Shown here: piece by piece, positions 1 through 9,940 of the stretch | Position numbering within the stretch: position 1 is the first letter of the stretch | Layout: each line of letters starts with the position of its first letter | NCBI GenBank assembly: GCA_964035545.1 | Contig: CAXIUT010000074.1 | Location: 1 to 18,905 of the forward strand | Direction of reading: 5' to 3' | Length of the DNA: 18,905 bases | From: Bugula neritina | Lineage: Eukaryota > Animalia > Bryozoa | The notes under the pieces: generated by a model | The model's database searches: none | Told to the model about the DNA's origin: nothing | Seen by the model: only the letters and a program-made list of their open reading frames with translations | Program-made: the position numbers and the translations under genes

Positions 1-81
1 CCCAACCCCAACCCCAACCCCAACCCCAACCCCAACCCCAACCCCAACCCCAACCCCAACCCCAACCCCAACCCCAACCCC
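1..81. repeat. Left telomere, (CCCCAA)n
   Basis: Perfect C4A2 tandem array from base 1 to 81, followed directly by AT-rich unique sequence. This is the Tetrahymena-type ciliate telomere repeat. Confidence 0.99.
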
Positions 82-138
82 TTATCCTCATATATTATTA
101 ATATCATCATCATATTAGTATAATACAGATACAATAGT

Positions 139-1718
139 TCAACTATCACATGGTTTCTCTTCACAAAGAATCTACCTCATTCTATTTAACTTGCTAAATC
201 GATCATATTTAGCCAAACTCCCCAAACAACAAAAACAATTCAACCCATAAGCCAAATCCACTAAAGTAGTATCATAAGTCTCAAAAGAACAATCTTGAAG
301 AATTAATCCAGCCTGCATAAAACATAAAATACCTCAATATTTTTCAATTCTCTATAAGCACGAAGTACACCACTAACAGTCTTGCCCTAAAAAGCACGCA
401 TCTGCACATAATCTAACTTGAATTTTGATGCATTGTTAGTTGCTCGAGTCTCAGCATCTATATCAGGATGACTTTCCTCTGTCTGTTAGATTGATAGCTC
501 ATTTATCTCACTTTTGAGATCTCCTTCTAATGTGTTCAATAACTTTCCTGTCCTAGTACCTATTTTAACGTGCTTAGTAGCCTCAGTTTCTCTAATTTTG
601 GACTAAATCAATAGAAAATTACAATAAGTTTTTTCCAAGCAACTTTTTCTTGAGAAGCCAAAGGATCTTAAATATAGCATATAAGAGGTTTATCTGTTAG
701 CAGTTTAACATGATAGTCGATAAACTGATCATTATCAAATGGAGTTTTAGGATTTTATAACTCATACTTTTTAGTATCAGCAGAAAACAGACTATCAGCT
801 TGCCAACTCAATCCAATTCCAAAAAAGTCCTTAGCATTGTTAGAAGTAATAGCATCTTAAACTATTTTCAAATTATCCATAATCATATCAAGAGGACAAA
901 TAAATGTACCATCAGGAGAATACTTCAAAGCTGCCTCCCCACCCTTTCCTGAAGTAATAGTTTTCTTCACACTAGCCAAAACAGTCTGTAAAAGAGCTGG
1001 ATCAGTAACAGATTTAGCTACCAAGTAGTATTTGAACACCTTGCATTTAGAACCAATTGCCTTACCACCATGCAAACAATTTATCATACATTGAATAGAA
1101 CGAGATCCACTATGACCAGCCAATTCTCCAAATAGTTCATAAGCCGGCCTGCAAAGGATCTGTGATCGCAACAAAATTGATGCATAACTAATACTATTTA
1201 TACAATATATTCCTTGACCACCATTATCAGCTAAAGATTTTTACAATTATCGGTCGATATTTTCCTGTTGCTAGCATTTCAATCCCTTAATTGCAGGTAT
1301 GATTTTTTATTTAATAAAAGATATTGATTTATTTAATCCCTTGCCACCCAGTCGGTCTTCATCATACAGCATATTTTCTTAAGATAAAACAGATAAAGGT
1401 TCGCTCAGTACTACTATCAATTCTTTATTCATATACTTTACACATGCCTTCACTTTCAAGGCAGGAAATCCTTCACCACTTATCACCTCTATTCCACTCA
1501 CATCGACTATTTCCACTGAAGGGGAAGCTAACTGCATAAGTCAATTCTTACCTTCTGCAACTATCCAATCATAAATGAATATGGATCCTCTGGCATTGAC
1601 CTGAGAAGACCATTCACAGTATTATTGATTAGTGATTACAACTGAATATTTTGAGATATACTTCGTATTTTTTCATGTAAGCTTTGACATCTGTGGGGGG
1701 ATAAGGAGAATTTGACAT
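139..1718 (-). CDS. Enolase-4-like (catalytically degenerate enolase with an N-terminal RIIa/Dpy-30-like docking helix pair), 499 aa, 5 exons
   Basis: ATG at 1718, TGA at 141-139, four 20-nt introns (1642-1661, 1532-1551, 603-622, 313-332), spliced length 1500 nt. With TAR=Glu: N-terminus YMKKYELESLINNTVNGLLRSMPEDPYSFMIGEL, then enolase landmarks IEVISGEGFPALKV, DRLGGKGLNKSI, INCLHGGKAIG, ICYIEDP, ETYDTTLVDLAYGL and DRFSKLNR. Confidence 0.85.
313..332 (-). other. 20-nt spliceosomal intron GTATTTTATGTTTTATGCAG
   Basis: GT-AG; removal restores the enolase frame (NIE|AGLILQD). Confidence 0.9.
603..622 (-). other. 20-nt spliceosomal intron GTAATTTTCTATTGATTTAG
   Basis: GT-AG; contains an in-frame TGA; removal restores the frame (WKKLI|SKIRE). 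Confidence 0.9.
1532..1551 (-). other. 20-nt spliceosomal intron GTAAGAATTGACTTATGCAG
   Basis: GT-AG; joins the docking domain to the enolase N-domain in frame. Confidence 0.9.
1642..1661 (-). other. 20-nt spliceosomal intron GTATATCTCAAAATATTCAG
   Basis: GT-AG; the unspliced frame hits TGA, while the spliced frame gives KKYE|LESLINN. Confidence 0.88.
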
Positions 1719-1744
1719 AGTATGTAACTTAAATTAATATTATA

Positions 1745-2058
1745 ATGAGTAGTGCCTCCCTTACAGATCTACCCTTTACCCCAGACAGACTAAAAGTGGT
1801 AGACATGCAGAGATAGATGATCATCTAGGCTTTCAAAGTAGCAGAAGAAGCACTAGCACAGCATGAAATATAAAGAGAAATTGCCAAACATATCAAAAAA
1901 CATTTTGATGAGAAATACTAGTAAATATTGATTTATTTAGTCCTAATTGGCATTGCTTAGTTGGAAAAAACTTTGCCACCGTAGTTACTTACTAAAGCCG
2001 ACATTACATTCACTTCATGGCCTAAGACAAGAGCATTGTCCTTTTTAAATTTGGATGA
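1745..2058 (+). CDS. Dynein light chain LC8/DYNLL family, 97 aa, 2 exons
   Basis: MSSASLTDLPFTPDRLKVVDMQREMIIEAFKVAEEALAQHEIEREIAKHIKKHFDEKYYPNWHCLVGKNFATVVTYESRHYIHFMAEDKSIVLFKFG. Matches the LC8 signature (IA..IKK.FD.KY.P.WHC.VG.NF...VT.E; LFK.G). Intron 1921-1940. Confidence 0.95.
1921..1940 (+). other. 20-nt spliceosomal intron GTAAATATTGATTTATTTAG
   Basis: GT-AG; removal gives FDEKYYPNWHC. Confidence 0.95.
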
Positions 2059-2239
2059 ATTTGATTCTGTAAAATCATAAAATATTTATCTGTTAATCAA
2101 AACAACTTGAAAAAGGTCACTTATATATATATCATATTTAACAACAACACAACAAATAAAATATCAATATTACTTAATTCCCATAATGTACAGAAAAGCC
2201 ACATACATCAAGAGTCTTTCAAAATAACTCAAATCCATC

Positions 2240-5116
2240 ATGCAAACAGATTAAGCAGTCTGCCTCACCATCACCAAACACAACAATCCCTACTACAATC
2301 AAGCCCACATCATCTCAGGATTGACCTATCATCTAGCTGTTGAATTGATGAATAAAAAAGATAAAAACATAGAAGATTATGTTTATTTGCTGATTGCTCT
2401 TAAAATTAGTGGATAAAATTATCATCCGCAGTTGTCAGAGTTCAAACTAAAATATCCAGAAAATGATAGTTCAGAAAGAATATAAAAACTTGTTCAATAA
2501 TTCAATAAAATCAAAAGAATACCTTCAACCAGAGATACCAAAGAACACATCAAAAATAAATATTAAAAATTTATTGGAAAAGCATAAGCATAAAACTATT
2601 TTCGTATTCCTTAAGTACCAGTTTATCTAATTTCAACTCATTGGCTACAAAAATTCTATAGTTCAGAACAATCTAACCCAGGACCAATCTACAATCAAAT
2701 GCTACTCTAGTTTTCAGAATTTCCACTTTCAGAAAGCTAATTTTCTCAATATAACTATCGAGTTAGAGCAGATGTTAGGTAGAATTAAGATTTTAAAGTA
2801 ATACCTTATTAGGCCTGGAAGTGGTTGTACAAGCAATATGGAGGTATGGAAGTTCAAAGATATACTACCAAATAAAAAACTCCTTCAGTCTAAATATGGT
2901 ACACCAAAACTACCATCTGGATTGTTTAAGAACGCTCCATTCTTATTAAATTAGAACTACTCATCTCCAAAAATTAAACCATTCTTTAAATATTATTAAG
3001 AATTAGAAATACTCTTAAAAAATACGAAGCCATACCCTAAAGCTATCTAGCCAGACAACCTACTCTTTACAAAATAAGTGGATTATAACCATAATAGTTC
3101 ACATCTTTTTTGCATAACTAAGAACAAAGCAGCTTTCTTAATCAAAAAATGTAAAAAATAAAAAATATGAACATTGATTTCTAAGATGTAGCCATATTTT
3201 CCAGCCATGAAGCTTTAGTAGTGAATTATAATAGAGGTATTTCATCAGTATTCTAAAACGTACCTCTTTTGAAGATAATAAACATGAAATAAAAATGTTT
3301 GAAATGCGGGAATCAATAAAATTTATAACTCTGTAAATGTAAAACAGTTTACTTCTGTTCTAGTAAATGCAAATAAGCATAAAAAAAACATCTCAAAGAA
3401 TGTAATTCCATTCAAGGAGAAAGCAGAAAACTCAATATGGTCACTGAATGCTTCTCTGTTAAAAAAAGATCATATCCAAAATTAGATCATCTCATTTTAC
3501 TAGGAAAAGTTGGACTCTAAAATTTAGGAAATACCTGCTATATGAACTCATCTCTGCAATGTGTGCTCAGAATCGAACCTCTTGCGAAATATTTACTCTC
3601 CAACTAACATCTCAAAGATCTTAATGTGAATAATGTACTTGGAAGTGAAGGATATCTTGCTTGTGCCTTTGGTTAGTTGGTTAAAACTTACTATACTACT
3701 GGAAGAAGAGCATTATAGCCTACAGATGTCCTCAGAGTTATCTCGAAAAATCCTCAATTCAGAGGATATAACCATCAAGATAGTCAATAATTTTTAAACT
3801 ACTTCCTTGATAAACTCCATGAAGATCTCAATAAAGTTCGAGTAAAGCCTATCACAGAAGACATTGAAAGCAATGGTCGACCAGATGAAGTAGTTAGTCA
3901 ACTTAGCTGGTAAAACTACCTTAAAAGAAATTCATCACAAATAGTTGATCTTCTCGGAGGTCAGTACCGTTCTTAAATAAGTTGCCCTGATTGCAATAGA
4001 CTATCGATTACTTTTGATCCCTTCCTAAGTCTAACTTTACAATTTCCTCGACCTGAGAAAGGAGCTTCTGTGAAGGGATATGTTTTATCATAGGAAGGTA
4101 ATTTTTTATAATTTTCAACTGAAGTTAGAGCCAACATGCCAACCCATCAATTCTATGAAAACTATTTCCTAAATCCAGTTCAATTATACTATCAAAAAGA
4201 TAAATTTATTGATCATGTCTGGAATTCCAATTTAACAGTCTTCCAAAATATAAAATAAAAAGGAATCATATTTGCCATTGAAAAACCTCTTGGACATGCA
4301 GTTTAAATACAATATCAAATCGTTAGTTATGGACAGGCCTAAGGCACAAATTTCGTAAGGATAGCGTATGTTAAATAAATCAGCAATGAAGAATAGCTAA
4401 TCATGATAGGCTGCAATACTTTTAGAAAACCTCTTGAAAGAGCTTTAGGAAAAGATTATAATGAATAAGATTTTTTCAATATGTGCAAATAACTAAAATT
4501 CATAAAAGTAATTTCCTTTAAATGCCAACCATAACAACAAAATATCTACCCTATCACCGGAAAAGCCCTTCTAAAAGTCACCATCTAAATAGACAAGCAT
4601 AAAATCAACCTACGCAATGATCTAAAACTCAACGGAAGATCTGGATTTTATGAATCACGTGATAGCCCACTCATCCGCAGAGTAGGAAATAAAATATCAA
4701 TTCCAGAACTACTTCAATGCTTCTCAGAACCATAAAGACTCACCGAAGACAACGCATGGTATTGCAATATCTGCAAAGACCACAAACTAGCATAAAAATC
4801 TATGGTACTCTACCGTGCACCAACTTTCTTGATTATCCATCTCAAACGTTTCAACCATCGAGGTGATAGCGGCAATCGCTTTATCATATATGGCTAGAAA
4901 GTAAATACACCTATCGAACTATAATAATTTTAGACAATCAAAGGAAGAAGATACTAATTGATCGGAGTAGTCAACCACGTCGGAAGTCTCATGCACGGAC
5001 ACTATACCGCTATGGTAAAACGTCAAGAATGGTACAACTACGATGACAGCCGCTGTTCAAGGACAAGACTAGATGGTCGAAACGCCTATCTTCTATTTTA
5101 CCAATTAGTCGCATGA
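2240..5116 (+). CDS. Ubiquitin-specific protease (peptidase C19) with DUSP and MYND-type zinc finger, 958 aa
   Basis: Single 2877-nt frame under code 30. DUSP motifs (YLISTHWL, PGPIYNQML, ENEDFKVIPYEAWKWLYKQYGG); zinc finger CLKC...CKCKTVYFCSSKCK...HLKEC; Cys box GLENLGNTCYMNSSLQC; HQDSQEFLNYFLDKLHEDLN; WYCNICK; HLKRF; His box YELIGVVNHVGSLMHGHYTA and AYLLFY. Confidence 0.95.
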
Positions 5117-5161
5117 TCACTCAACATTAACAATATAAATATCTTATAAAATTAATATAAA

Positions 5162-5821
5162 ATGGGTAAATACCTAAAAATGATTTATCAAGTCGCCAAA
5201 TATACAGGCATACTAGCAACTACAACAGTAGCAGGTGCATTTACCTATCTGCAATATATCAACAGCAAGGTAGGTCCAATCGAAGTCAACAAATAAAAAA
5301 CCATCGAATATTATACTAAAAACTACTAGATGGATAAGAATTAAGCAGGGAATATGTATTACTGGTTACTATGGGATATATCTATCATGAGATTGTTCAC
5401 TTATGCTAACTATAGTACCTATTGCACCAGATTAAATAAAAAAATAGTGTAGCCTTTAATTAGAAGCTACTAAGAACAAGGGCTCATTTAAAAAATATAA
5501 ATTAATTCTAATAAAAAAATAGATAAATAAAAAATAAATGTTTATAAATCAATCAAATAAGTTAGAGATTAAAATGTAAAGAGATTAGCTGATACTGATT
5601 ATATCATTAAATAATTAAGAAAACATCAAAAATTAATGGATACCAGAAAACTTATCAACATCACCCCTGATACTTTAAATACTATCAATAAAATTCATAG
5701 CTTTGTATGTGAAACAGGTCTAGCTTTGAAGTAAGGAGAAGTACAATAATATATCTCGCAATTGCCATATATTTAGAAGAGACTACCAGGAGATATGATC
5801 CATAAGATCATGTTTATTTGA
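5162..5821 (+). CDS. Hypothetical protein, 219 aa, with a basic N-terminus followed by a hydrophobic segment (possibly a single-pass organellar membrane protein)
   Basis: 660-nt ATG-to-TGA frame, MGKYLKMIYQVAKYTGILATTTVAGAFTYLQYINSKVGP...HKIMFI. No family recognised. Confidence 0.7.
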
Positions 5822-6331
5822 AAATTGTTATTATTATTATGTAAAATTATAATTATATTTTTTAAGAATAATTATATATTCATATAAATAGTCAAGTTTT
5901 CTATTTTTATTTTGATTTAATCATAATAAGAGAATAACCTGCCCAAAAAATAGAATCAAATATCATAAAATCAAATTACCAGTTTACTAAGTATTTATTA
6001 AAAGTCAAATAAAGATTTGATAGTAACCTTTTGAGTAAAAAGAAGTAAAATTAAAGAACTTATTTATAAAATAACAATCGATATTGCCTTGAAAATACAC
6101 TTAAATTTATAAGAACCCGATGGTAGTTCTTAATAAGATTCATTCTTTTTTTTTATGTCCTTCAGGCAAAGATTAATAGTATAGAATATTTATTTGCTCA
6201 TTAAAGAAAACAAAAACTTTCAGATAATACTAATTTATTCTGATTTATTTGAGAATTACTATCAATATTAATAATTTAAAAATCAATAGCTGCTATTTTT
6301 AATTTGATTAATTCATTATAGGTCAGAAAAA

Positions 6332-7459
6332 ATGTACCTAAGTGAACATTTAAGCCCTTCCAGCAATCCAGACTAAGAGGTAGCACCTTTCCTATCCAGA
6401 TCAATCACTCAAACATATCCCACTCACTACCTAAATAGAACAAGATAGTGATTCAACATGAAGAATAGTCTGAAGATTATCCAAAAGAATTACCATCAAA
6501 AAAAAAGAAAAATAACCAGAAAATGATCTACAAATGGACTTTAGAAGAAGATATGAAACTACAAGAACTACAAAACCAGATAGGAAATCAATGGAGTAAC
6601 CTCTCAACTTATTTTTAAAACAGGTAGCTCTCTTTCCAGTTAGATCAGACAATGATATCAAAAATCACTTCTTCTCTCGACTAAGAATGTCCATCAGGCA
6701 TCTAAACAAAATAACGTCGACAAAGACGAAAAATAAAAATCTATATATTAGACCATAAATCATCTATAAAATTATCTCCACTTCAGAAGAAACACTCAAA
6801 GAGGGTCAAAGAAATCAGAAAATGATCCTTTTAGCTCAAAGTATCCTCATTTATATCTAGAAATAAAAATCAAGCTTTTCTAAATCAATATTGCAAGTTA
6901 ATTGACTGATGATCTTGCTTTCTAGATAGCTAAAGAAATCAAACGCTTCATAAGTATGAACTGCAAGTGTCTTAAAGGTAAGTAAATGAAGAAATAAGTG
7001 TTAACTCCTTCAGATATTGTTTAATCTTTCGATAGAAATGATTAATTTTTAGGTGTTTACGATTAAATCAATGACCTGAATAACACTGAAATAGTGTTTA
7101 AAGCAGTAGAGGAGTTACCTCTAAAACCTAACTTACAATAAAAGTAAATTATAAATACCCTTATTCATTAGTCTCAATATTTGGATATCGATGAAATCAT
7201 CTCTTCTAAGCCCCATGATATCTCTGATGATCTTTGTTCTATGAGAATGGACTAAGAAAATTCTGATAGAAAAACAAAAGAAGGTGAGTTATTTAATGTT
7301 ATTAAAGAATAACCATAGTTAATAGCTAAACCTTCTATCTGTTTGCTTGGTCCATTCGAATAGATCAGAATCAATCTAGAAATAGATGATGATTCACTAT
7401 AATAATTACATTAAAACTCTTTCTATCTCTGGAACCATCCTTTCCACTTCACTCAATGA
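6332..7459 (+). CDS. Myb/SANT DNA-binding domain protein (single Myb repeat), 355 aa, 4 exons
   Basis: KWTLEEDMKLQELQNQIGNQWSNLSTYFENRSDNDIKNHFFSRLR after splicing. Introns 6380-6399, 6624-6643 and 6841-6860; spliced length 1068 nt. Confidence 0.88.
6380..6399 (+). other. 20-nt spliceosomal intron GTAGCACCTTTCCTATCCAG
   Basis: GT-AG; needed to join ATG 6332 to the Myb frame, since the unspliced frame hits TGA. Confidence 0.75.
6624..6643 (+). other. 20-nt spliceosomal intron GTAGCTCTCTTTCCAGTTAG
   Basis: GT-AG inside the Myb domain, splitting the conserved Arg codon of NR|SDN. Confidence 0.93.
6841..6860 (+). other. 20-nt spliceosomal intron GTATCCTCATTTATATCTAG
   Basis: GT-AG; the unspliced frame stops soon after, while the spliced frame stays open for about 200 codons to TGA 7457-7459. 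Confidence 0.85.
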
Positions 7460-7557
7460 TAATTCTATCATACACTTTATTCTATCTACTCCTTCTTATC
7501 AATCTTAGCCCATTAAATGCAAAATTTAAATATTTATCAACATCAAATCATCTACAA

Positions 7558-8195
7558 TCAAGATGTCTGCCCTCCATTGTTCTGGAACATTCCATAAGAA
7601 TACTGTGCCTTCTGCAACTCCTGCAAAGCTCCATTTGATTGCTGGAAAGGATCGCCTCCCATCACCTACAAATTTTGTTGCAGCAAAACGTTGTCTTCAT
7701 AGGCCTGTCCTTCTCTTTTCACCCATTCAATTTCAAATCTGAAGATTCTAGGCTGTTCAGACAGAATATAGCGACGCAAGTCAGGTAATGACACATTTTT
7801 TGGAGGTTCCAATATACTTTCATCATACTCATTTCTGACATAGTAGCCACATCTGAAGAACTCCTGTTTCTAGTAGGAAACCGATATGATGATTGCAGTT
7901 GTACCTAAATAAATACTGTTTTACCGATCACTTCATCTTCAGGCACCAAGGAAAAGTTAGGACAACATGATTCAGCTGTAAACTGCATGACTCCTGGATT
8001 GAGTTGGTCCATTTCAAAAGAATCAATAACTTGATCACAAGTAGGGTTATTGGGTGATCCGACGTAGATGATTTTCCAGTCGAAAGTGCCAGGAAGGGCA
8101 GTGAAGCACTCAAAGGTGATGTCAAAGAAGAAAGGGTCAAGAACTTTGGCAGGATTGTTTTTAACAGCGATGTTATTGATGTGAACTTGTGCCAT
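7558..8195 (-). CDS. ASF1: Histone chaperone ASF1, 205 aa, 2 exons
   Basis: MAQVHINNIAVKNNPAKVLDPFFFDITFEC...WKIIYVGS...DQVIDS...VIG|TTAIIISVSYEKQEFFRCGYYVRNEY...RYILSEQPRIFRFEIEW. Intron 7905-7924. Confidence 0.97.
7905..7924 (-). other. 20-nt spliceosomal intron GTAAAACAGTATTTATTTAG
   Basis: GT-AG; removal restores the ASF1 frame (VIG/TTAII). Confidence 0.95.
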
Positions 8196-8327
8196 TTGGC
8201 GGCTAACTCTAATTTATTATAGGCATTGAAACTCAAATCATAAACTACTAATTTCAATCAAATCCACATCATTAATATCTCTATTGAACTAATAACCATC
8301 AAAAAATAATAAACCATCGAAAAATCA

Positions 8328-8924
8328 ATGAAAATACTAACACTCCTCCTCATCGTAAATCTACTACCAAAATCGCTATAAGCCAAATGTGCATGCAGCC
8401 AGAAGAAATAACAACCGATTGGTAAATCTGCCATCTGCATTTTGCATTAAGACAATCACTCAGGAGTCAAAGGAATCGTCACTATGCATCAAAACAGTTC
8501 ACTATCACCCACTCTCTTCGAATTCACTGTCACAGGACTCAATTCCAATCAACATCATGGTTGCCATATTCATCAATTTGGAGATCTCACAAAAGGATGT
8601 CTAACTGCTGGTCCACATTTCAACCCATACAATCAAGTCCATGGAGGTCCTCAAGATACCATCAGACATGTAGGTGATCTAGGCAACCTTCTAGCTAGTC
8701 AAAAAGGTGTTGCATAGATATGTTTTATAGATAGAATAGTTTCTTTATATGGATAGAATACAGTTATAGGTAGATCAGTGGTTGTGCATAAAGATAAAGA
8801 TGATTTGGGGAAGGGAGGAGATTAATAATCTCTTAAAACAGGTAATGCTGGACAAAGAGTCGCCTGTGGGGTTATTGGACTTACAAACTAGTTTAAACAT
8901 TTTAATTTAAAAGATGTTAAATGA
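8328..8924 (+). CDS. Cu/Zn superoxide dismutase with predicted N-terminal signal peptide, 198 aa
   Basis: Leader MKILTLLLIVNLLPKSLEAKC, then HGCHIH, GCLTAGPHFNP, HGGP, RHVGDLGN, GENTVIGRSVVVH and [27 protein letters not shown]. The metal ligands and disulfide cysteines are all present. Confidence 0.96.
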
Positions 8925-8944
8925 TCAAATAATGATAAAATAAA

Positions 8945-9841
8945 TCATTTTTCTTTATTTAAACTCTAATTCAAACATTTGATAATATTTCTTCCTTTTC
9001 TCACTGTATTCTTTGCTTGTCCAGGTTTATACACTTCAAGGACTCCTTCGATCCAAGCAATAACTCCTTAAGCAGAGTTGATTCCTAGTTAGTGATAGAT
9101 CTTTTTCGAACAAGCAGGACAAAGCCAGGTTTAAAAGTTAGTGATGGCATTCATCATACACTGCCAAGCCAAACAATGATCAAAACCCAAAGTATGCAAA
9201 GTCTAATGAATGGCAGTTTGCAAGCAATACTAAAAAGTCTATTTCATATCTCTTTAAGAATAAGCAATGACAGCAACTCCATCACCATAAGCTCTTCCAT
9301 CAATAAGCCCACCATACTAATGCAAAGGTTCTTAGATAAAGGCAAGTAATATAGTTTTATTTACATGCATTTACAACATAATTTATAAGACATCATGAGC
9401 ATCAAAACATCCATTCTTTCTTGATATTTTATACTCTATATTTTTAGTACGATCTACGATCTTGTTCTTATCGATATGCATCTTGAATTTAGGATGTAAA
9501 CAACAAGGAATACTTAAATATTTGTTTAAAAATTTACATATTTTGTCACTAAATTATCTGTTTATTCTTTATTGAGAGTGACTAATAAAAAAGATTTATA
9601 TCCTTTAGAAGTGGTTTATTTTGTATCGACCAGTTCCAGTTGAATTAGGTGGTTATTTTTACATAGGCAAAAAATCAGGAAATGTTTGTCCTTATTCTCC
9701 TAACTCAAGGTTTCCTTGATCAATTTCTTTATAAAGTTTAGATAGTTTAGGTGTTAGGAGATAGTCTTCAATTTTATCTTCTTTTTTAACTCCAATTGCT
9801 TTCTTTTGGTAAGGAGTCAACTTAAACGATGCCTCTTTCAT
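8945..9841 (-). CDS. Archaemetzincin-family zinc metalloprotease (peptidase M54), 298 aa
   Basis: 897-nt intronless frame. TAIHETLHTLGFDHCLAWQCMMN...LCPAC fits HExxHxxGxxHC-x4-CxM...CxxC. The catalytic Glu is encoded by TAG (9205-9203). The N-terminal motif EEGQTFPDF resembles the eukaryotic AMZ E.GQ.F..F motif. Confidence 0.88.
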
Positions 9842-9940
9842 ATTAATTTAATTTAGATATTACAACTTTGAATTTAAATATAATAATCTGATAAATTCCT
9901 TTTTTAAACATCTTTATAATTCCTAAACATATTTTCTCCC

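Noticed and set aside
82-138. Conserved chromosome-breakage or subtelomeric motif shared by both ends
   Set aside because: No Tetrahymena Cbs-like or otherwise shared motif is visible on comparing 82-138 with the reverse complement of 18740-18803. Two ends are too few to find a weak motif.
3781-3800. Standard ciliate code (TAR=Gln) or a split code (TAA=Lys, TAG=Glu)
   Set aside because: TAA occupies invariant Glu positions (QDSQEF, IEDP, EESLKTG), and TAG occupies the catalytic Glu of HExxH.
6076-6174. Hairpin as a SECIS element or telomerase RNA
   Set aside because: It lacks the matching GA quartet on the 3' arm, no gene here has an in-frame UGA, and there is no CAACCCCAA template.
5971-6201. 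76-aa minus-strand ORF (MSKEIFYTINLCLK...) in the large gap
   Set aside because: With only one stop codon, ORFs of this length arise by chance in AT-rich DNA, and no motif was recognised.
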